Below, in pieces: positions 36,334 through 45,632 of a stretch of DNA of 64,000 nt. The position numbers and the translations under genes were made by a program. The notes beneath the pieces are model-generated. The model was not told the origin of the DNA. It did not search any database and worked only from the letters and a program-made list of their open reading frames with translations. Every line of letters starts with the position of its first letter. Within the stretch, counting starts at the first letter, position 1. The DNA is from an uncultured Holophaga sp. (lineage in GTDB: Bacteria; Acidobacteriota; Holophagae; Holophagales; Holophagaceae): NCBI GenBank assembly GCA_963664825.1, contig OY761614.1:1600001-1664000 (forward strand), read 5' to 3'.

Positions 36334-37455
36334 CTAGCCTTCATAGACCCGGGATACCCTTTCGTTGATCTGGCAGGTTACCTCGTAGGTGATGGTGCCG
36401 AGCTGCTCGGCCCATTCCTGGGCGCTGATCTCCTGATGGCCGCTGCGGCCGATGAGCACCACCTCGTCGCCGACCCGCACCTCCGTCTCGGGGCCCAGGT
36501 CCACCATGCTCTGGTCCATGCAGATGCGACCCACGATGGGATAGCTCTGGCCAGCGATGAGGACGCGCCCGCGGTTGGAGAAGAGGCGGTTGAAGCCATC
36601 GGCGTAGCCGACCGGTATGGTGGCGATCCAGGTATCCCGAGGGGCGATCCACGTGCGGCCATAGCCGATGGAGGTGCCCGCCTTCACCCTCTTCAAGAAT
36701 GAAACCCGCGTGAGGAAGGAGAGCCCCGGCAGGAGGGGGATGCTGCGGGGTGTGCCGGCATCCGGGTAGAAGCCGTAGATCATGATCCCGGGCCGCACCA
36801 GGTTGAGCCAGGCCTCTTCATGACCCAGGACGGCGCCGGAATTGGCGCAGTGGGCCAGTTCCAGCTTCCGGCCCAGGGCCTCTTCCACGCTGGCCACCAT
36901 GGCCTTGAACCGGGCGATCTGGGCCTTGGTGAAGGCCGTGTCGGCTTCGTCGCTCACGGGCAGATGGGTGAAGATGCCCTCCAGCTTCACGTGGGGGCAC
37001 TGCTGTTCCAGGAAGGTCGCCAGGGCGGGAGCCTCTGCGGGGATGACCCCGATGCGGCCCATGCCTGTGTCCACCTTGAGATGGACCACGGCCTGTACGC
37101 CGACTTTGAGAGCGGCGAGTTCCAGGGCCTCGGCATTGTCCCGGCTGCAGACCGCCAGGGTGATATGCCCGAGGATGGCCGCCTCCATTTCTTCGGGGAA
37201 GGTCGGGCTGAGCTTCAGGATGGGCAGGCCGATGCCCGCTTCCCGCAACTGGAGCCCCTCGGGTACCGTGGCGACCCCGAGCCAATCGATGCCCATGGAT
37301 TGGGCCATGCGGGAGACTTCCACGGCCCCGTGGCCATAGGCGTTGGCCTTCACCGCGATGAGGATCTTCCGTTCCGGCCCCACGGCCTTGCGGATGCCGT
37401 CGAGGTTCTTGCGGATGTTCTGGAGATGGATGGGGGCGTGAGTCTGATAGAGCAT
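36334..37455 (-). CDS. alr: Alanine racemase
   Basis: AVKANAYGHG, HLKVDTGMGRIG, VRPG, GYADG, GRICMD, TITYE. Confidence 0.94.
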   Translation of the reverse strand: MLYQTHAPIHLQNIRKNLDGIRKAVGPERKILIAVKANAYGHGAVEVSRMAQSMGIDWLGVATVPEGLQLREAGIGLPILKLSPTFPEEMEAAILGHITLAVCSRDNAEALELAALKVGVQAVVHLKVDTGMGRIGVIPAEAPALATFLEQQCPHVKLEGIFTHLPVSDEADTAFTKAQIARFKAMVASVEEALGRKLELAHCANSGAVLGHEEAWLNLVRPGIMIYGFYPDAGTPRSIPLLPGLSFLTRVSFLKRVKAGTSIGYGRTWIAPRDTWIATIPVGYADGFNRLFSNRGRVLIAGQSYPIVGRICMDQSMVDLGPETEVRVGDEVVLIGRSGHQEISAQEWAEQLGTITYEVTCQINERVSRVYEG

Positions 37456-37462
37456 GGGATTC

Positions 37463-38671
37463 CTAACGGACGAAGAGTTCGTGGTATTCGCGAAGTTGGG
37501 CGGCCCAGTGGCCGCCGATAAGCACCAGATGGTTCCCCAGGGGCCTGGAGAGGAGTTCGCGCACATCCCCGTCCAGGTGCACCTGGATCTGGGTGCGGCA
37601 GCGGAGTTCCGAATCGCCATTGGCCAGCAGCTCGCCATCCGTGAGGAAGACCTCCCGCAGATCGGAGCCGCCGATGCGGGCCAGGGTGATGGGCCCGGGT
37701 TCGAGTTCGCCCTGGATGCCCACTCCCAGCGAGGATTCAAAGTGGGAGCGCAGGGCGTAGCCCTTCAGGAGGTTGCGCCCGATGGTGCAGTGGGCGAGCC
37801 AGAGCGTGTTGGAAGTAGAATCGAGGTCCTGGGGATTGGCCATGAAGCTCGCCTGTCCCGTGACGGCCTGCATCCAGCTCATGGTGAGCGCCGCGGGCAG
37901 GTCGCCTTCGCAGCCGGCCACGATGCCTTCGTCCAGCAGCGCGGAAAGGGCCAGGCATCCGGTGGTCTGCAGATCCTTAACTAGATCGAAGCAGCGCACG
38001 GTGCAGGCATCCAGGTGGTGCTCTTGGACTACCCGCCGCAGGGCGACGCCCACGCGGGAGGCCATGCCCAGGTCCGAGCCGGAGGGCTCCAGGATGCTCC
38101 GGGCGCCGCCCTGGAAGGAATCCTGGAAGAGGCGCGAGGCCTCGGGATCGGCGGCCTGGATGGCTCTCCGCAGCACATCCAGGGAGATATCGAGGACCTT
38201 CGGGCCCCAGACTTCCTCCACCTGGTCAGCCCCTGGCGTGCTGGCCACCAGCCAATCGGAAGGCTCTCCGATGCGGCCCAGGCGCAGGAGCCCCAGGCGT
38301 GCATGCGCGTCCAGCAGGCGGTGGAGGGTCGCCAAGGAGGCAAAGCCTTCTTCTCCCCCGTTGAGGAGCACGATGCGCCCGGGGCGGCCCAACTGGTGGA
38401 GTCGGCTGAGGATCTCCAGGGAGGCCGGGAGGGAATTCTGATGAGGGTGGGCCAGGAGCAGGGCGGGTCCCTGCATGTGAGCGAGGGCGGCCAGGGCCAA
38501 GTGCTCGGTGCCCCCGGTGACGATGAGCAGGGCGTTGGGCGCCTCGCTGCCTTCTTCCAGCAGCTTGTAGGGAAGCAGGCGGGCCGACAACTGAGAGGCG
38601 ATTCCCTGGATCGTATCGCGCACCTGATCGGCGGAATGGAAGCTGGAAGCCAGGGGCAGGATCTTGAGCAT
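37463..38671 (-). CDS. L-fucose/arabinose isomerase-like protein of unknown function
   Basis: TGGTE, NSLPASLE, PSDWL, TVRCFD, GCEGD, FMANP, AHCT, HFES, CRTQ, GNH motifs. Confidence 0.7.
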   Translation of the reverse strand: MLKILPLASSFHSADQVRDTIQGIASQLSARLLPYKLLEEGSEAPNALLIVTGGTEHLALAALAHMQGPALLLAHPHQNSLPASLEILSRLHQLGRPGRIVLLNGGEEGFASLATLHRLLDAHARLGLLRLGRIGEPSDWLVASTPGADQVEEVWGPKVLDISLDVLRRAIQAADPEASRLFQDSFQGGARSILEPSGSDLGMASRVGVALRRVVQEHHLDACTVRCFDLVKDLQTTGCLALSALLDEGIVAGCEGDLPAALTMSWMQAVTGQASFMANPQDLDSTSNTLWLAHCTIGRNLLKGYALRSHFESSLGVGIQGELEPGPITLARIGGSDLREVFLTDGELLANGDSELRCRTQIQVHLDGDVRELLSRPLGNHLVLIGGHWAAQLREYHELFVR

Positions 38672-38674
38672 GGT

Positions 38675-39751
38675 TCAGCCTTTCACGACGAGCTTCTGGA
38701 CATAGGGCGACGTGGAGAGGGCCAGGAGGGCGCCGTAACCAGGATAGAAGGCCACTTCCGCGCCCACCTGCAAGGGTTGAGAGGCCTCTTCCACATCCAG
38801 CAGCAGATGGTCGCTGGAGCCCCCGAGCACGATGATGCCCGGGTCCAAGGGCTCGAGGCCATCCACGACTACGTCTTGGCGGCCCAGATTGCAGATGGCG
38901 CGGGTGCGGATGCCCCTATCCACGAAGGTGGGCGTGCCGCCGAAGGCGTCCTGGCCCGTCTCGCCGATGGGGATGGAGGGCTTGCGCTCGACCTCGATGA
39001 CCTCCGCCACAAGCCTGAAGGTGTCCTGGCGTGTGCCGGGCCAAGGGCTGCGGTCCAGTACATTGCGCCCCAGCACGATGGCTTCCCCGATGCGGAAATG
39101 ATTGATCTCCTTCGGCATCTGACCACTGGCCAGCAGAGGCAGATTGGCGCTGTTGCCCCCTGAAAGGAGTTGCAGATCGAGGCCCGTGGCCTTGCGGCAG
39201 GCGTCCCGCACTTCGATGAGTTGCTGCATGTTGGTCACGCTGGGGATCACGCCGCCGTAGCAGGCCAGATTGCAGCCCAGGCCCAGCACATCCAGGTGTT
39301 TGAGCTTGGCCGCCTCCCGCAGCAGGGCCACGGATCGATCCGGCCAGACGCCCTCCCGCAGATCGCCCAGATCCACCATGAGGATCACGCCGTGGCGGGT
39401 CCCCGCGAAACCTGCGGCCTGGTCCAGGAGCCCCAGCGTGGAGAGGGAGGAGTTGAGGCTCAATTGGGCCGTGCGCACAACGTCAAGGGCCTCGCTGGGG
39501 GTGGGCAGGCGGAGGAGCAGGCGGGGCAGAGGGAGGCCCATTTCGGCCACGCGCTGGAGATTGGAGACTCGGCTATCGGCGAGCATATCGGCGCCCCCCA
39601 GCGCCAGCGCGCGCGCCACCGCCGGATGGGCGCTCGCCACCTTGGTGACGGCGGCCACCTGGGCTCCATGCCCATGACAGAGACCGATCACCGACCGCGC
39701 ATTGGCGGTGATGCGCTCTGGGTAGATCTCCAAACGTGGGCCACTGTACAT
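38675..39751 (-). CDS. orr: Ornithine racemase (PLP, alanine racemase fold)
   Basis: AVTKV, DSR, DLGDLREG, NLACYGG, SGGNS, GGSSDH; alternative start 39772; cluster context. Confidence 0.85.
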   Translation of the reverse strand: MYSGPRLEIYPERITANARSVIGLCHGHGAQVAAVTKVASAHPAVARALALGGADMLADSRVSNLQRVAEMGLPLPRLLLRLPTPSEALDVVRTAQLSLNSSLSTLGLLDQAAGFAGTRHGVILMVDLGDLREGVWPDRSVALLREAAKLKHLDVLGLGCNLACYGGVIPSVTNMQQLIEVRDACRKATGLDLQLLSGGNSANLPLLASGQMPKEINHFRIGEAIVLGRNVLDRSPWPGTRQDTFRLVAEVIEVERKPSIPIGETGQDAFGGTPTFVDRGIRTRAICNLGRQDVVVDGLEPLDPGIIVLGGSSDHLLLDVEEASQPLQVGAEVAFYPGYGALLALSTSPYVQKLVVKG

Positions 39752-39768
39752 GGGAAAGACTCCGGTGA

Positions 39769-41115
39769 TCATGCGCTTGGGTTTTCGCCTTCCACCCACC
39801 GCCGGAAGGTCGCCTTCACATCCTCGGGGTAGGCCTGGGCCAGGGTGCCCAGGGCGGAGAACAGGTAGTTTCGGTCCAGCAGGATGCGGGCCTCGGGGGC
39901 GGGCAGCAGATACTTGCCGGGGCCTGTGCAGATGGTCCGGAGGATTTCCGCGCCGCCCTCGATGCGCGTCAGGGCGCCACCGGTGCCGATGACCCAGCGC
40001 ACGGCGCTGAGATCCTTGCCCTTCACGACCTGTTTGCGGCCCGTGGCCGTGTAGATATCCGTGACGACGCCCGCGTGGCGCTTGGCGCCGGTATCAACGG
40101 CGAAGGCGCAGAGGGCACGGGTGAGTTCCCGCTCCCGTTCGGTGGCCGGCATCGCCTGGAGTTCCTTCAGGCGGGCCTCCCATTCCGCGTTTCCAGCCAG
40201 ATCCACGATATTGCGGGCGTTGACGAAGACTCCCAGATCCCCTTCCACCGTGCGCTTGGCCCGAGGCTCGGGCTCCACCATCCGGGCGGCCCATTCCGGG
40301 GCGCCGTCGGTAACGCTATGGACATCGGTTGTCGCCCCGCCCACATCGAAGACCAGGCAATCGCCCAGCTCCTCGGCGAAGAGCTCGGCCCCGCGCAGCA
40401 CGGCGCCCGGCGTGGGGAGGATGCCCCAATGGGTGAGCTCGCCAAATTTGGCCATGCCCGGCGCGTGGATGATGTGCCGGTTGAAGACCTCGTGGATGAG
40501 GTGGCGCAGGGGTTCGATATTGAGCACATCCACATCTGGGAATACATTATCGGCCACCAGGAGTTCCAGTCCTGCGGTTTGGAACTTCTGGTGAATGGGT
40601 TTTCGTAGGGCCACGTTCCCGGCATATACGATCGGGATGGAAAGCCCCAGAGATGCGATCTTCTCGGCGTTCTTGAGGACAGTGGTTTTTTCACCGAAGT
40701 CCACCCCGCCGGCCAGCAGGATGATATTGGGGTGGGTGGCGCGGATCTCCTCCAGTTCGAAATCGTCGAGCTCACCGGCGGTGACCATCTTCACGATGGC
40801 GCCCGCGCCAAGGGCGGCTTCCCGGGCGGCCCTGGCCGTCATGCTGTAGGTGAGCCCGTGGACGGTCATGCGCAGGCCGCCAGCGGCCGAACTATTGACG
40901 AAGGTCTCGGGGTGTCCGAGTTGACCCTGAAAACGGCTTTCCAGATCTTCGATGGCCTGCTGAACGCCGATGCCCACATCGCCCTGGGCCACGCTGGTGG
41001 GTGCGAAGCCCTGGGCCACGGCCTCGAAGCCCCCCTTGGTGAGGAGGTTGAATCCGTTCACTTTCGTGATGGTCGAACCCACCTCGATGGTGAGGACCTC
41101 GATTTCGGAGGGCAT
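39769..41115 (-). CDS. GlmL/MutL-like reactivating ATPase for ornithine aminomutase
   Basis: EVGSTITK, SSAAGGLRM, PTPGAV, DVGGATTDVHS, KRTVEGDLG. Confidence 0.88.
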   Translation of the reverse strand: MPSEIEVLTIEVGSTITKVNGFNLLTKGGFEAVAQGFAPTSVAQGDVGIGVQQAIEDLESRFQGQLGHPETFVNSSAAGGLRMTVHGLTYSMTARAAREAALGAGAIVKMVTAGELDDFELEEIRATHPNIILLAGGVDFGEKTTVLKNAEKIASLGLSIPIVYAGNVALRKPIHQKFQTAGLELLVADNVFPDVDVLNIEPLRHLIHEVFNRHIIHAPGMAKFGELTHWGILPTPGAVLRGAELFAEELGDCLVFDVGGATTDVHSVTDGAPEWAARMVEPEPRAKRTVEGDLGVFVNARNIVDLAGNAEWEARLKELQAMPATERERELTRALCAFAVDTGAKRHAGVVTDIYTATGRKQVVKGKDLSAVRWVIGTGGALTRIEGGAEILRTICTGPGKYLLPAPEARILLDRNYLFSALGTLAQAYPEDVKATFRRWVEGENPSA

Positions 41116-41135
41116 GGGAATCCCAAAAAAGAACA

Positions 41136-41231
41136 CCGCAGAGGGCGCAGAGAACGGAAAAGAGAACACAGAGAAGAACAATATGGCCGTCTCTCTGCGC
41201 TCTCCTTCCTTTTCCTCTGTGCCCTCTGTGG
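41136..41231. repeat. REP-like long intergenic inverted repeat
   Basis: CCGCAGAGGGCGCAGAG…CTCTGTGCCCTCTGTGG, with inner CACAGAG/CTCTGCG arms. Confidence 0.8.
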
Positions 41232-41240
41232 CTCGGTTTG

Positions 41241-43448
41241 TTACACGACGCCCCGCGCCTTGAGCACCTTCACCATGGCGTTGACCACATGGATGCCCTT
41301 GGTGCCGCGGCCGAAGGTGGCGTCCAGGCCGGTTTCCTTGGCCATATCGCGGTTCACCTGGGTGCCGCCGGCGATGAGGATGATCCTGTCGCGGATCCCC
41401 TTCTCCCGGCAGAGTTCAGCCAGCTTCCTCATCTGGGTGCGATGCACGTCGTTGTGGCTGATGATCGTGCTGATGAGGATGGCCTGGGCGCCGGTTTCGA
41501 TGGCGGCGTCCACCAGTTTCCCGATGGGCACGGAGGTGCCCAGGTAGTGGTATTTCACGCCGTATTTCTCGATGCCGCCGTGCTTGATATCCAGGATCTC
41601 GCGAAGACCCACGCTATGTTCGTCTTCGCCCACGGTGCCGGCCACCACCCGGAGGCCCAGCTGCTTGGCCACATCCCGCAGTTCCTGCTCGGGCAGGATG
41701 ACTTCCTTTTCGGGGATCTTGAGGGTGGTCTTGTCGATATCGAAGGCGACCTTGCCCTTCACCTCCACGAAGCAGCCTTCGGAGGGGTGCATGACCATGG
41801 TGTTGATGACCTCGGGATCGAGCAGCCCCATCTTCTTGGCCATCTCCACGGCATAGACCGGGGCGATGTCTTCGTTCTGGGGCACGAAGAGCTGGATGAG
41901 CACGGTGCCATCCCCAGCCCATTCGGCTTCGGGCTTGATCATGTTGCCCTTGCGGTAGGGGAGGGTTTTGGCGAGGCGGGCGTTGCAGCTATCCTCGGGA
42001 TCCAGTTCGTCGATGAAGACGATCTTCTCGGGGCGGCAGAGGGTGCATCCGCCGATGGCGTCACAGGCCTTCTTTAATCCCGCGGGCAGGTGGTTGTTTC
42101 CGAAGTGATCACAGACCGGTGCGAAGTAATCCTCATCCCGGACGATGAGGGTCCCTGCCCCCACGCCCCCCTTGCCGTCCCGGGCGATGCCATCGCCGTT
42201 GCGCTCGGGGTATTTGGCGGAATCCACGAAGAAGCCCTTCTCCACGGCGGCGAAATAGCCGCCGTTCTCCATGACTTCCTCCAGGAAGGCGACGGCGCGC
42301 TCCTTGAGATCGCGCACCATCTCGCCCAGAGGGCCCTCATGGTTGAGGGTCACCAGTTCCTTGATGCCATCCAGGGCCGCCCAGGTCTGCTTCACGGTCT
42401 GGATGCCCCGGATGTTGTTGTAGTGCCAGGGCACATTGCGGCCCTCGTCGGGCGTGATGGTCGACTGGATATCGGCGCTGGTCAGCATGGAGATGAGCGT
42501 GTCGACGGTGTGGGTGCGGACCGCCTCCTCGATATCGGCTTCGATGTAGCGCGTGTTCTGCTGGGCGCGCATTTTGAATTCGCTGAAGAAGTCGCGCAGG
42601 GCCACGGCGTAGGGCAGGTCGTACCAGAGCTTGGGCGCGGGAGGTGAATTGGGCGGCACGGTGGAGAGTCCGATGAGGCTCTTTTCCATGCCCACCGCCA
42701 CTGAGAAGGCGCAGTTGATGCCATGCTGCACCATGAGTTCGGGCATCACCAGCCAGCCGGCCTTGGCCGTGGCGTTGGCGTTGTGGGCCCCATCGATCTG
42801 GAAGATGCGGGCGCCAGCCATGACGCGCTTGGCTTCGGCGGCGTCCACGAAGGAGCGGTACATGTTCACGTTGCGATAGAGCACGTTGTACTGGGGGTCC
42901 TGATGGGCGCCATTGACGCCCTCTTCGGCGAAGAGCACGGCGACTTCGGGACCGGCCACGCCGGAGACGTAGCTATGGAAGTTGATGGGACGGCCCACCT
43001 CTTCTTCGATCAGGTCGCAGGCCTTTCGGGAAGCGCGGATCTGCTTGCGTGTGATGGGCACGCCGCCGATGCCTTCGGGAGTGCCCTCCAGCAGGCCATC
43101 GATATGGCTCTGGCCGGTGGTGCGGATCACCATGAGATGGTCCGCGCCGTGCCAGGCCGCCATGCGCATGCGGCGGATATCGTCCTCGAAGCGTCCGGAG
43201 GCTATTTCTGTGGTGACGACGCACTTGGGCTGGGGGTCGATGTTATCGAAGTACTTGGAGGCCGGCAGGCCGATGGAGTGCTTCAGGGGCGTGGACATAT
43301 CCCGGAAATGGAAGGGCCCCATGTTGACGCCTTCCGTAGGCACATCGCGCCAGGTCCAGCCCTTGCGGGGGGGATGGTAGTTCTCCAGGTCCTCGAGGAT
43401 GTGTTCGATATCGAGCTTCTTGGTGGGATCCAGGGGTTGCTTGGTCAT
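41241..43448 (-). CDS. oraE: D-ornithine 4,5-aminomutase large subunit (AdoCbl + PLP)
   Basis: EIASGRFEDDIRRMRMAAWHGADH, HQDPQYN, B12 base-off motif GEDEHSVG, PLP lysine region DIKHGG. Confidence 0.95.
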   Translation of the reverse strand: MTKQPLDPTKKLDIEHILEDLENYHPPRKGWTWRDVPTEGVNMGPFHFRDMSTPLKHSIGLPASKYFDNIDPQPKCVVTTEIASGRFEDDIRRMRMAAWHGADHLMVIRTTGQSHIDGLLEGTPEGIGGVPITRKQIRASRKACDLIEEEVGRPINFHSYVSGVAGPEVAVLFAEEGVNGAHQDPQYNVLYRNVNMYRSFVDAAEAKRVMAGARIFQIDGAHNANATAKAGWLVMPELMVQHGINCAFSVAVGMEKSLIGLSTVPPNSPPAPKLWYDLPYAVALRDFFSEFKMRAQQNTRYIEADIEEAVRTHTVDTLISMLTSADIQSTITPDEGRNVPWHYNNIRGIQTVKQTWAALDGIKELVTLNHEGPLGEMVRDLKERAVAFLEEVMENGGYFAAVEKGFFVDSAKYPERNGDGIARDGKGGVGAGTLIVRDEDYFAPVCDHFGNNHLPAGLKKACDAIGGCTLCRPEKIVFIDELDPEDSCNARLAKTLPYRKGNMIKPEAEWAGDGTVLIQLFVPQNEDIAPVYAVEMAKKMGLLDPEVINTMVMHPSEGCFVEVKGKVAFDIDKTTLKIPEKEVILPEQELRDVAKQLGLRVVAGTVGEDEHSVGLREILDIKHGGIEKYGVKYHYLGTSVPIGKLVDAAIETGAQAILISTIISHNDVHRTQMRKLAELCREKGIRDRIILIAGGTQVNRDMAKETGLDATFGRGTKGIHVVNAMVKVLKARGVV

Positions 43449-43461
43449 GTCTCGATCCTTC

Positions 43462-43812
43462 CTAGAAGAGGCCATTGAGCACGTTCTTGTCGTCGAGAAT
43501 GGCCTGGGCGGCACCTCGGATATCCCGGCCGCACTTCTGGGAGAGTTTGAGGACGACGTGGCCTGCCCCCTTGCCCAGCAATCCGGCTTCCAGGATGCGG
43601 TCCACGACCCCATGGCTGGAGACGCTATCGACGCCCATGCGCAGCAGGACGGCCCGTTCGATGGAGGGGCTGGTGTGGGTTCGAGCCAGTTCGACGATGG
43701 GCTCCATCACCTTGTGGGTCAGCTCCCAGAACCGGGCCTTGAGCTGATCGTCACCCAATTTCGCAAGTTCCTTCCGGCGCGTCTCGAACCGGGCGATTCG
43801 TTCATCGGTCAT
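43462..43812 (-). CDS. oraS: D-ornithine 4,5-aminomutase small subunit
   Basis: RFWEL, HTSPSIERAVLLRMG, LLGKGAGH. Confidence 0.93.
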   Translation of the reverse strand: MTDERIARFETRRKELAKLGDDQLKARFWELTHKVMEPIVELARTHTSPSIERAVLLRMGVDSVSSHGVVDRILEAGLLGKGAGHVVLKLSQKCGRDIRGAAQAILDDKNVLNGLF

Positions 43813-43827
43813 GGGTTCTCCTTGGGC

Positions 43828-45228
43828 TCAGATCTTTTCGACGTGCTGTTTCACCCATGCCACCGTCGATTTGATATCGGCGGCGAGGAAGGCGAAATCG
43901 TTCTCGGTCCACTGGGCCACGGGATGGGCCTTGATGGCGTTCTTGAGGTAGGAGTGGCGAAGGTGATCCATGTCCTGGACCTTGCCGCGCACCTGGTCGA
44001 GATGTTCGGGGATGACGATGGTTTTGCCTGGGATATTGCCCGAGGGGTCGCCCACTCGGACCTCGATGCCGTTCTCCCGGGCGAAGGAGAGCTGGCGGTT
44101 GTGGTGCTTGCCGGCGCCGGTGTACTCCGTCTCCTGGACGACGACGATCTGGTCCCTGTCCATCTGGCGGGCCAGGGTCATGGCGGCCGTGAGGCTGGTG
44201 TTCCCGGCGGGGCCCCGCTCCAGGCCTTCGAGTTTGGTGAGCAGCTCGGTCACATAGAACACTTCGCCCTGGGTGACGAGCTGGTATTCATCCATGTAGC
44301 GCAGGGACCGGGCGGCGTTCCTGGGCACGTCCACGCGATCGGGCCAGGTGGCGAAGGGGATGCCGAAGCCCGTGTGGCCGGTGGTGAAGGACTTCTTGTT
44401 GAAGTCCGTGTCGGAGGCCATGTGCAGGCCCGCCAGATCCACGGAGCAGGCCACGACCCGGGCATTGCAGCCCGCAGCCAGGAGTCCGCGCGCGGTTCCG
44501 GTCAGGTTCCCGCCCCCGGCGTGTGTGATCACCACGGCGTCGGGATCCTTGCCGAACCTGGCCCTCACTTGTTCGGCCACCTCGACGCCGAGGGTCTCCA
44601 CGCCCCGGATGCCGAAGGGGGTATAGAGGCTGGCATTGAAGAATCCCGTTTCTTCCAGGGTCACCAGGAGCTGGTAGAAGAGTTCAGGGCCCACGGAGAG
44701 CCGCTGCACTTCGGCGCCGTAGGCCTCGCAGGCGCGGGACTTCTCAACGATCTCCGGTTGGCCGATGCCTTTGGAATCGAAGACCTCCTGGAGGATGATG
44801 CACTTCAGGCCGCGCATGGCGGCCTGGCTGGCTACCGCGGCGCCATAGTTGCCGCTGGTGGCGGCGGCGAGGCCCTTGTAGCCCTTCTTCTGGGCCTCGA
44901 AGGCACTGATGGCTGCGCGGCGCGCCTTGAAGGATCCGGAAGCGTTGGCCGCCTCGTCCTTGACCAGGATGCGCGCCCCCTTGCCGGGGGCCGCCGTGCG
45001 GCGCACCGCTTCGGTGAGGTTCGTCAGCTCGTAGAGGGGCGTATTGCCGACCTTGGCCTGGGACTGGATGCGGACCACGTCCTCCAGGCTGTAGCCGGTC
45101 TCGCGCATCATGCGCTCGTAGTCGAAGGCCACGGGGCTCTGGATGAAGTCGTTGTAGTCCATCCCCATGGACGCCTTCATGATCTCGTTCTTGCGGCCCA
45201 TGACTGCGGCGTAGCCCATGTCGCGCAT
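43828..45228 (-). CDS. ortB: 2-amino-4-ketopentanoate thiolase beta subunit (PLP)
   Basis: GNTPL, KDEAANASGSFKARR, TSGNYG, ERGPAGN, ETEYTGAGKH. Confidence 0.92.
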   Translation of the reverse strand: MRDMGYAAVMGRKNEIMKASMGMDYNDFIQSPVAFDYERMMRETGYSLEDVVRIQSQAKVGNTPLYELTNLTEAVRRTAAPGKGARILVKDEAANASGSFKARRAAISAFEAQKKGYKGLAAATSGNYGAAVASQAAMRGLKCIILQEVFDSKGIGQPEIVEKSRACEAYGAEVQRLSVGPELFYQLLVTLEETGFFNASLYTPFGIRGVETLGVEVAEQVRARFGKDPDAVVITHAGGGNLTGTARGLLAAGCNARVVACSVDLAGLHMASDTDFNKKSFTTGHTGFGIPFATWPDRVDVPRNAARSLRYMDEYQLVTQGEVFYVTELLTKLEGLERGPAGNTSLTAAMTLARQMDRDQIVVVQETEYTGAGKHHNRQLSFARENGIEVRVGDPSGNIPGKTIVIPEHLDQVRGKVQDMDHLRHSYLKNAIKAHPVAQWTENDFAFLAADIKSTVAWVKQHVEKI

Positions 45229-45500
45229 CAGAGTTCCCTCCCGATTTTGAGGAGTTCGGGCACCGTGTTTCCGAAGCTGTGGTTGTAGCTGGGATTCACC
45301 AGGCGTAGGACGCCCCGATGCTCGTGGCCGATGAGGGAACGCACGCGCACCTCCTGGCCCAGGTCGGCATCCTCGAGGAGGAACCCGGAGATGCGGAGTA
45401 TGTAGGGGGTCTTGGCCGTGTCTGCGGGGAGATTGGCTGCGCGCTGCTCTGGTTTCAGGAGCACTCGCTCGATCTCGACCCAGGTTCCACTCTTGATCAT
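45228..45500 (-). CDS. ortA: 2-amino-4-ketopentanoate thiolase alpha subunit
   Basis: WVEI…L.PEQRA.NLP.DT..P, NPSYNHSFG..VPEL. Confidence 0.9.
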   Translation of the reverse strand: MIKSGTWVEIERVLLKPEQRAANLPADTAKTPYILRISGFLLEDADLGQEVRVRSLIGHEHRGVLRLVNPSYNHSFGNTVPELLKIGREL

Positions 45501-45519
45501 GGTTCACCTCGAAAAAAAA

Positions 45520-45619
45520 CACCACGGAGACACGGAGGGCACTGAGCAATGAACACGGAGAGAAAACGACACTCTTATTTCCTCCGCGATCCCTCTGTGT
45601 CCTCCGTGTCTCCGTGGTG
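45520..45619. repeat. REP-like long intergenic inverted repeat
   Basis: 19-bp perfect outer stem CACCACGGAGACACGGAGG / CCTCCGTGTCTCCGTGGTG, with inner CACGGAG arms. Confidence 0.88.
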
Positions 45620-45632
45620 CATCAGTGCTTTT

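Noticed and set aside
43399..45288. 629-aa plus-strand ORF and similar long antisense ORFs (e.g. 9037-10422, 18147-19415, 21231-22643)
   Set aside because: Typical stop-poor antisense frames of high-GC3 genes; the opposite frames carry clear family motifs.
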